From Thecamonas trahens ATCC 50062 (Eukaryota; Protista; Apusomonadida), in NCBI RefSeq assembly GCF_000142905.1, contig NW_013657630.1, forward strand, positions 122,434 to 186,433: DNA of 64,000 bases. Reading direction: 5' to 3'. Of the stretch, positions 1 to 7,627 are shown piece after piece; the first letter of the stretch is position 1; each line of letters starts with the position of its first letter. Under the pieces are notes generated by a model that saw only the letters and a list, made by a program, of their open reading frames with translations, did not search any database and was not told the DNA's origin. The translations under genes and the position numbers were made by a program.

Positions 1-404
1 TGATGACCATGACGGGTACGATACAGCCAAAGCTGCAGCTGCCAGCTAGCTATACGTGTAGCTACAGCTACTGCCACTAGATTGCGTGGATAGTATGGAA
101 TCACGCCATGCTATCGTGTCTTCCCATCCGCCCAGGTAGCCGCGCTTGCACGATCGGGCGTTTGCGCGGCTAAGCCGTCTCGATCACACGATCCCGCTGA
201 AAGCGCCTGGTCAAGAGAGAGAACCAAAGCTAGTCTTCTTTACCGTGCGTAGGCTATAGACGGTGGGTGGGTGGGTGGGTGGGGTAATCTCTACTCACTC
301 GCGCCACAGGGCCCGGGTGGTGATCGCTTCCCGGCTGCGGCCGGCACACGCACATGGGGCGAGAGCAGAGCGAGGCCCCGAGTGGATCCGAGGCCGACAA
401 GGCG

Positions 405-1081
405 CTATCTGCGGATGTTGGACCAGTTGGCGGTGGTGAGAGCGTTAGCGTGCTTGGACATCTCCGACTGACCCGATCTGAAGGAGAAGCGCATGGCTGC
501 GGATGACGGCGGCTCGACCTCATCAGCATACCAACCGATCTCCTGCGCCTCTGTCAGCGGCATGTCATACTTTTCCTTCGGCGTCTTGGACTGAGCCTTG
601 GCCACAGCCAGGAACTCTGCCGGGAGATCCTCGTCCGAGGTAAACGTCGAGAGCTCCATGTTGGTCGGCTTGTCAGTGACAAAGTAAGCTACACCAGTTG
701 TCCAGTTGTCCCCCCACACACACACACACCACACACACACACACAACATCATTGTCCATGAGTACCCACCTCCCACTTCGGCGCCAGCCACATCATCCTG
801 CTCTTCCACTACAATCACCCTTGTGGACCCTTCTCCGTGACCGTTGGTGCGGGACATGGCTCGTGCTGGGCGAGCAGCCAGTTTGAGGCCGTGGCATAAC
901 GGACAGGGACAGAGTGAGAGACAAAGGGGAAAGACGTACTTGTGCGCGGGTCATTGAATGAGTATTCCTCCTTCAACCGCATAGAGGAAAGCTCACGGAC
1001 AATGCCCTCCTTAACGATCTTGTCGCAGTCGACAGGGTTGAAGTGAGCCGCCAGTCGAGCATCGCCTCGCAAAGTGGCCAT
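405..1081 (-). CDS. CFAP144: FAM183/CFAP144-family ciliary protein, 2 exons (1081..940, 688..405)
   Basis: Spliced product MATLRG...IVKEGIVRELSSMRLKEEYSFNDPRT/TYFVTDKP...TPKEKYDMPLTEAQEIGWY matches the FAM183 pattern (P..KY..P.TE.QEIGW). Donor GTACGT at 939 and acceptor TAG at 689 are phase-1 compatible. Confidence 0.8.
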
Positions 1082-1361
1082 GGCAAGGAGCGAGTCGAGT
1101 ATTAACCTGCCCGTCCCCTCACCCCCCCCCCCGCTACTCACTGCGCAAGACGGTTTGACTCGGTCACGTCAAAGTCTGATATGGCAAAGGGCTAACCGCT
1201 CCGGACAGAACAGAGAGTCAATCGATGACAACCCCCCCTCCCCCTCCCCCTCCCCCTCCCCCATCCCCGTCCCCATCCTCGTCCCCATCGCCATCTTCTC
1301 GTGGTCGGGCGAGACCGGGGCGGTTTAACAACTCCCACCAGCGGGTCACGGCGTGTGTCGT

Positions 1362-2136
1362 CTACTTGCGCTTGCGGCTGCGGGCCTTGGACGCACTCGG
1401 CTTGTTGCCCTTGATGTCGTAGGCAACGATCTTGACATTGCGGCCGTCGACAGCTTCTGCTCCGGGCATCTTGAATTGGACCTCGGGGAGGAAGAAGGTC
1501 CAGAAGCCATCGCAGTTGCGGTAGATGATGTTGCCCGAGGCAGTGAATGACATTGTCGCAGTCACAGACTCCTCCAACGCCTTTGCCGCCACCTATTCGC
1601 AGCTCCCTCACTCGCATCAGTCACTCTCCCTCCATCCTCTCTGCCATCAGCAGAGAAAGGTCGCACATTGCCGTGCCGCCGACCAGCCGACCTGCCACCC
1701 ACCCCCCACCCACCCACCCCGTCCCACCGGTGTCGCCACCACACCACCACCACCACCACCACCACCCTACACCGCCTCTGCAGCTCCCTGCTCTCACCTC
1801 ACCTCCCTCTCCCTCCCCACACCGCCCCAACCATCCCCTTCTCATCCGGTACGGCATTGATCGATGGCGATCGCGACCGCGATCACGATCAGCGTCACTC
1901 CCTTTTCCCCCCCTCTCCCCCCCCTTGCACAGCCATGGGACCCTCACGCACACGTGCGCACACACCCGTCACGGCAGATGATGAGCATGGTACCATGAGT
2001 AACGTACGTTCTCAAACTTGTTCATGACGATGTTTGCGAGCTTGGAGGAGATGATCTGGGAGGCGACCATGCCGTCGACGGTGTCCCTCAAGCACTGGCC
2101 CAGTGTGGAGTAGTAGTACAACTGCTTGGTCTCCAT
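1362..2136 (-). CDS. GTF2A2: Transcription initiation factor IIA gamma (small) subunit, 2 exons (2136..2008, 1592..1362)
   Basis: QLYYYSTLGQCLRDTVDGMV...LANIVMNKFEN / ...YRNCDGFWTFFL...VKIVAYD matches TFIIA-gamma (LY..TTLG..L; YRFCDNVWTF; VKIVACD). Phase-0 GTACGT...TAG intron at 1593..2007. Confidence 0.92.
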
Positions 2137-2552
2137 GATGGACGAGAAGGTGTATATGACAGGAGGGAGGGCGGGAAGGAGGAGGAGAAGAAGGGGGGGA
2201 GGGGGGGGGGGGGGAGGGGGACTGCGGAGACAGGTGCTCTCGCGTCCTCGCTCGTCCTCTCTTGTCGTGGTCCCTTTTCCCTCGCGGCCTTTACAACCGA
2301 TCGATCGGCTCAAGTCGCCCACGAGTCGCATGCAGCTCGTCGATGGCAGAGAACAGCCGAAACGAAGGCATGATGATCCGATGATAAAAGTATGGTCTCG
2401 GTCTGAGCTTGCAGGTCAATATTGGTAAAGGGGCACCAACCAAGTCGCCGTCAGAATGATAGTCGTGATTGCTCTCGTGATCGTGATGGGCCACTATCCA
2501 TGGGTCACGGTCATGGTCATGGCGAGAATCGGGATGGGAGGGGGCGGTTGTG

Positions 2553-2885
2553 ATGCCGGCGGTTGCGCTAGTCACGATCACTGCCACCCACGAGTTGGCT
2601 GCAGAGAGCGAAAGCGCCATCTCGACGAGCCGGTCGACTACACTTCCACAGGTGGTCTCGTATTTCGCAACGGCGACCAAACCACCGTATTCATCGTCGT
2701 CCTCAGGTACCGATGCCTCGTCTGCAGAGACAGCGGAGCTGGATGAGCCAGACTCGGCACCTGCTCCGCCGCTCGGCGAGTACTCCTACGCCTCGCACTA
2801 CTTGGAGCGGACCGTGACACCAATCGAACGTGATATCGAGCTTCTGATCTCGTGGTCGTCGCTCTTAATCGACCGCAGCGAGTAG
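2553..2885 (+). CDS. Small hypothetical protein (about 110 aa), convergent with the PB1-RelA/SpoT gene
   Basis: Open frame with coding-like composition and a helical-looking C-terminus (YLERTVTPIERDIELLISWSSLLI). The stop lies 7 bp from the neighbour's stop, like other convergent pairs here. No recognisable family. Confidence 0.35.
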   Translation: MPAVALVTITATHELAAESESAISTSRSTTLPQVVSYFATATKPPYSSSSSGTDASSAETAELDEPDSAPAPPLGEYSYASHYLERTVTPIERDIELLISWSSLLIDRSE

Positions 2886-2892
2886 CCCAACA

Positions 2893-4695
2893 CTACTGCC
2901 CGTGGCTCGCCGCACCAGCTGCCGCAAGCAGTGCTGCAAACTCGCACCTGGGATCAAAGGTAAGAAAGTCGGGCAGGACATCGACTTGCTTGACGTGATC
3001 CTCCAGCTCAGCGTTATGGTCGGCAGTCTCGGGTTTGCCATCGGGCTCACAGGCGTCACCATGCAGCGCCACAAACTTGGTCAGCTTGTGCGACTCGGCA
3101 GTGTGGAAGCGGACGGTAAAAACTTGGTCATGCCCAGCGACGCGCCAGCAGGTCGTCAGCCCGCGCGAGTGAGGCCACTCGTTGGTTGCGGCGACGAGGA
3201 ACAGTGCCAGATCGTTGCTGCGGGCCATAATCAGCACCCATTCCCGGGCAACTTCCAGCAGCTTTTCCGGCCTGACGACGACGTTGTACAGCAGCGCGTC
3301 GGTCACCCGGGCTGCGGCTTCCTCTAGCGGACACGCCATGACCTCGGCGATCTCGGAAATCCGGGCCCGCAGCGGATACTTGGGCATGAGCCGCTCCGTG
3401 AGGTCAAAGAGCTGCACGCACTCATGAAAGGTTGCGGCAAGCTCTTCGATGACGTCAGTGATGGCGGGCTCGGGTCCATCCAACACAGTCCAGCGAGCGC
3501 GGATGGAGCGGGCAAGGTAGAGTGCGTGGCGCTTGCTAATTCGCGCCTGGTTGTACTCCTCCTCCTGCTCAGGCGGAATAGGCTCGAGCTCGCCCTTGGG
3601 TGCGAGCAAGCCGACCTTCTTGCCGATGCGGTCGACTCTCAACGGGCGCGGAACAGAGTCCCACAACTCCATCATCTCGCTCATCATGGTGTGCTTGGCC
3701 AGCGGATCCTTGGCGATCCGAAACTTGGAGTACACCTTGTGCGAGGCGTGCTTGACTTCGAGCGACTCGCGGGTGTGGAACTGGAGCTCCCACAGCATGC
3801 CGGTGTTTGAGTTCCGGATGACGGTGTTGATGCCCTGGTACTCGTCACCACGCCGGACAGCGTTGCGCGAGGTCATCGAGTAGACCGTCCTCGTCACGCT
3901 CCGCTTGGTGTAGTCGCTGCCCGAGAGAATGACAGAAACCTCGTCCGAGTACTTTTGCCCGCCCACGTCGCTGTCAAAGCTCGACTGGACATTAGCCAGC
4001 ATCGATGGGTCGAATGCGGCGTAGACATCCTTGCGGGCGTCGGTAATCCAGTAGTTCTTCTCCTCGACAAACTCGAAGCGACCTTGGGACGGATTGGCCT
4101 CGGGGTCATAAAAGTCAGCCTGCATAAGCGCCTGACGCACCATCTCCACTCCACTCGAGTACATCTCGGTCTCAAACTGGATGGTGTACCGCAGTGCGTC
4201 CTTGATCGAGGCGCAGAGCGCGTCCTCATCGTCATCGGCCAAGGCTGCAGCCTTGTCCCGCAACTTGCGCTCCATCGAGTGACGGGTCTTGAACCTGTGC
4301 TCCAGCCCGACCATGACTCCGCCATTGGCTTCAGCCGCCGCCTGGACGTAGCCGGTAATCTGTTTCTCGCCACGGACAGCCTGGTTGAACAGCCGAGCCG
4401 CGGCGTTGCGTGCCCGGGTGGCGAGCGAGGCCGACAGACCCTGTCCGCGATTGTCCGGCAGCAGTGTCAGCGAAAGCATACCTCCACTCCCTGTCCACAG
4501 CGCGGTGACCAGCTCAGGCTGTGACCTTATGGTGATGGTTTCACCCTCATTGTCGACGTAGGTCGGGACAAGCCCATTGTGGTACTCATTGTCCACCACA
4601 TGCATGAGCGCCGTAAAGTAGTCTGCCTCACCCGAGAGCAAGTGGACCCGGTTGCGACCGCCGACAGAAAGCTGCACCCTTATCCCATCCGCCAT
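2893..4695 (-). CDS. PB1 domain + RelA/SpoT-like (Tas1/Apk2/XopAD-type) nucleotidyltransferase + degenerate second RelA/SpoT-like domain, 600 aa
   Basis: aa1-80 PB1 with an OPCA-like motif (TYVDNEGETITIRSQPEL). aa~97-357 has GLEHRFKTRHSMERK, IKDALRYT, KNYW, YQGIN, WELQFHTRES and H..Y..FR. aa~395-580 repeats these motifs in degenerate form (EPAIT, VTDALLYN, TNEW, FTVRFHTAES). Confidence 0.85.
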   Translation of the reverse strand: MADGIRVQLSVGGRNRVHLLSGEADYFTALMHVVDNEYHNGLVPTYVDNEGETITIRSQPELVTALWTGSGGMLSLTLLPDNRGQGLSASLATRARNAAARLFNQAVRGEKQITGYVQAAAEANGGVMVGLEHRFKTRHSMERKLRDKAAALADDDEDALCASIKDALRYTIQFETEMYSSGVEMVRQALMQADFYDPEANPSQGRFEFVEEKNYWITDARKDVYAAFDPSMLANVQSSFDSDVGGQKYSDEVSVILSGSDYTKRSVTRTVYSMTSRNAVRRGDEYQGINTVIRNSNTGMLWELQFHTRESLEVKHASHKVYSKFRIAKDPLAKHTMMSEMMELWDSVPRPLRVDRIGKKVGLLAPKGELEPIPPEQEEEYNQARISKRHALYLARSIRARWTVLDGPEPAITDVIEELAATFHECVQLFDLTERLMPKYPLRARISEIAEVMACPLEEAAARVTDALLYNVVVRPEKLLEVAREWVLIMARSNDLALFLVAATNEWPHSRGLTTCWRVAGHDQVFTVRFHTAESHKLTKFVALHGDACEPDGKPETADHNAELEDHVKQVDVLPDFLTFDPRCEFAALLAAAGAASHGQ

Positions 4696-4805
4696 ACTGC
4701 CTTTTCTGGGAGGAGAGAGCTAGTGCTGGTGTCCTGGTCCTACTCCTGCTCCTTGACCTTGTGTGGGGGGGGGGGGTGGTCGCAGAGTTTGTGGCTTTCG
4801 CTGAA

Positions 4806-4863
4806 CACGATCACGATCACGATCACACTCGCGATCACGATCACGATCACGATCACGATCACC
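4806..4863. repeat. (CACGAT)n microsatellite in the 255-bp divergent intergenic region
   Basis: Directly visible cacgatcacgat... run with one interruption. Confidence 0.9.
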
Positions 4864-4950
4864 CGCACCTCCCCCCCCCCCACCACACACACACCCCACC
4901 CCCTACACATACCCACACTCACACCTTCCCACCTCACCCATCCCTAAGCT

Positions 4951-7548
4951 ATGAAACGGTGGCGCGAAGTGGTGCATGCCCACTCGGGCGGGTGGAAGTC
5001 CACAGCCAGTGCACAGTGGAAGGCCATTCTGGCCACAGTTGCTGCTCCACCTACAGGTCTCCTCCCTTCCACACAAAGCCGCTCGTCCAAGCCCTCCACC
5101 GCATGGCCTACTTTCTCGGACTCTGCCTGCTGCCTATCAAACTCATCTTCAAACTCATCGTTGTCGTCGTCAGCATCGGTTGATCACTCTCTTAGTGATC
5201 ATGGTCTTGACCATGATGATGTTGATGTCGCTCCGCTCCTCGCTCGCGCGCCGTCGCTGGAGATGCTTGCGCCGGACTTGGCGGCTATGGCCCGCACGCT
5301 CAAGTCGCAGAGTCATCGGAGCAATGGCTTGGACGATTCTGAGTCTGATTCGGGTGAATCCGACTCGGACTCGTCCTCGCTTGATCCGGGCTTGGCCCTC
5401 TCGCCCACAAAGATCAATAGCTCGCCGGACGACGATGCTGGAGAGGTGTGGACGACAGTGCTTGCTGCGGTCAAAGCAAAGCGGCTTGCTGAGAGCAACT
5501 ACAACGACGATGATGACGATGACGCTTCGTCCGACGATGGCATGGACATGGAAGATGTGGAGGCCTTTCCGCCTGAGCTCCGCCGAGTCTCGTCGCAGCT
5601 GCTGCTGCCGCAAGAGTCGGCCGGCGAGCTGCGCGGTGCTGCCCGCTGGCGCGCAGTCGTGGCAGCCAACAAGGACACGCTCGCCGAGTTGGCCACCGCC
5701 ACCTGGACTCGTATCGCTGGCACGGTGTCCGGCTCGGATGTCTCCGAGACCGAGACTGAAGCCGAGGCCGAGTTCGGCACTCCCGAGCTCGCAGCCGACC
5801 CGCGCGCCGACAGCCTCTCCTGGCCTGTGGTGCTCTCAGAGCTCGAGTCCTCTCTCGAGCCACAAAGTGGGCCGTGGCTCACCTCGATGCTCTCGTCCGA
5901 ATCACTTCACGATATGCGGTGGGGCGAGATTCAGAACTACGCCGACAAGCATCACCCCGAGCTGGTCGAGGTCGTTGACTCGACGCTGCCGAGCTCCGAC
6001 TGGGACCGTACCGAGCTTCCGGATGAGTTGCCTTCCATCAGCGACTCGACGCTCCGTGCTCGGCGCACCAGACACTCGCATGGCCGAAATCTGAGTCCGG
6101 CTGCCGTCCTTGTTCTCCGCGCCGCGCACTCGCGCGACTCGATGGGCGTGGCATCCAACAGCTCGCTTGCCAGCATGAACGCGCGCATTGCATCGTACGA
6201 CGGCCTCTTTGCTGACTTGGTCAGGGACAACGGGAAACGCTGGCTGCCGGACGGGCTCACCCCATCCCCGTCCCTACAAGACCTGGTCGCTGATCCGGAG
6301 CTGGCCGCCACCGCCGCCTCACAGCCCGACTGGCGCGATGTTGCCAAGTCGCAGTGGTTAGTTGCCACCGCGCACGCTGACCTCTTATCGGCCGACTCGG
6401 ACTCGGTCGACTTTACTTCGGACGACGACCATGCTGGCTCACACTCGTCGTCGCAACACTCGGCCTGCGGCAGCAGACCGGGCGCCAGCGCCGACCTCAA
6501 CGGGTCGACATCGCTGGAGGAGGCCATTGCACTCGCCTCAGCTGCAGCGACAGGCGCGGAACCGCCAGCGCCGCCTCCGATGATTATCACGGGTGTCCAC
6601 GAGCTCCCGCTGGATACACTCCTCGAGTCCATTTCTGCAGCTGCGGCTCCAACGCCGTCGCCGCGCTCGCTGCCTCGTTCGCATCTCGAGCACTCGAACT
6701 TGGTCCAGACACTTGCACAGCTGTCGAGCCTTGTCGCCGACAAGGTTGCCGACGCCAAAGCCGTGCTCGCCATCTCGCCCGACCCGGCGCTCGGCAACGC
6801 CTATCGCTCGCTCTGCGCCGAAGCAGACTCGCTGGCTGAGACTCTCGATGCCGTGACTAGTGGTGCTGAGCGGACCGGTGCCACGCACGCTGGCCCGCAC
6901 GTGGCCACTGAGACCATCGACGCGCTGCGGGCGTACGCACACCGTGCCGAAGCCCAGGTCAAGGTACTTGGAAATCGATTCGAGGCTACCGCAGCCGCAA
7001 CTCGCTCCGCCATTGCCCGCGTTCGTTCACAAGCAAACCGACTCGACGACCTGGCTGTGCGGCGGGCAGCGCTCGACGCCCAGTTGGCAGAGCTTGAGGC
7101 GCTGCACGTGTCAGCGCTCGAGACAGGAGCACATGCGCGTACGACTAGTGATGCTGCCGCTGCCGCTGGCGACTCGGTCGCTGCCTCCTTGATCAACAAG
7201 ATCGTGACAGTGCAGCAGCGGCGGCTGGCGCCGACACCGCCGTCCGCGGAGCCTCTAGACATGCGTCCGTTGGGTGCGCGACTCGACGCGCTCTCGGCTA
7301 CCCTCGCGGCGTCGTTGGAGCACAACCGCGAGCGGCTAGCATCGGCGCGGTCTCACGCTCTCTCACAGTCGCCGTCACGGCTGCAGTTCTCGGGCCGGGC
7401 AGCAGCGCGGGCGCAGCAGCAGCGGACTAGCACGCCGCCGCCACGTCGCGGCCGCCGAGGCCAGACAAGAAGAGCCGGGCGCGGGCGCGGCCCGCTGGAG
7501 GCACGGCTGCTGGCGTCACCGTCGTCGGTCACCAACCCGTGGCGGTAG
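4951..7548 (+). CDS. Hypothetical protein, 865 aa: acidic/Ser-rich N-half with recurring Trp helices, coiled-coil C-half
   Basis: Long ATG-initiated ORF with coding bias and heptad-like Ala/Leu/Arg/Glu segments. No family recognised. Confidence 0.75.
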   Translation: MKRWREVVHAHSGGWKSTASAQWKAILATVAAPPTGLLPSTQSRSSKPSTAWPTFSDSACCLSNSSSNSSLSSSASVDHSLSDHGLDHDDVDVAPLLARAPSLEMLAPDLAAMARTLKSQSHRSNGLDDSESDSGESDSDSSSLDPGLALSPTKINSSPDDDAGEVWTTVLAAVKAKRLAESNYNDDDDDDASSDDGMDMEDVEAFPPELRRVSSQLLLPQESAGELRGAARWRAVVAANKDTLAELATATWTRIAGTVSGSDVSETETEAEAEFGTPELAADPRADSLSWPVVLSELESSLEPQSGPWLTSMLSSESLHDMRWGEIQNYADKHHPELVEVVDSTLPSSDWDRTELPDELPSISDSTLRARRTRHSHGRNLSPAAVLVLRAAHSRDSMGVASNSSLASMNARIASYDGLFADLVRDNGKRWLPDGLTPSPSLQDLVADPELAATAASQPDWRDVAKSQWLVATAHADLLSADSDSVDFTSDDDHAGSHSSSQHSACGSRPGASADLNGSTSLEEAIALASAAATGAEPPAPPPMIITGVHELPLDTLLESISAAAAPTPSPRSLPRSHLEHSNLVQTLAQLSSLVADKVADAKAVLAISPDPALGNAYRSLCAEADSLAETLDAVTSGAERTGATHAGPHVATETIDALRAYAHRAEAQVKVLGNRFEATAAATRSAIARVRSQANRLDDLAVRRAALDAQLAELEALHVSALETGAHARTTSDAAAAAGDSVAASLINKIVTVQQRRLAPTPPSAEPLDMRPLGARLDALSATLAASLEHNRERLASARSHALSQSPSRLQFSGRAAARAQQQRTSTPPPRRGRRGQTRRAGRGRGPLEARLLASPSSVTNPWR

Positions 7549-7627
7549 ACGGTAAAAAGAGGCAGTGAGAGAGAGGATTCTGCGGGAGCAGCGTTTTACG
7601 TGAATTGACAGCCGACAACTACACGCT

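Noticed and set aside
2893-4695. Bacterial contamination as the explanation for the RelA/SpoT-like gene
   Set aside because: It is fused in frame to a eukaryotic PB1-like domain, matches its neighbours in composition, and is contiguous with spliceosomal-intron genes with no gap. Read-level confirmation is still advisable.
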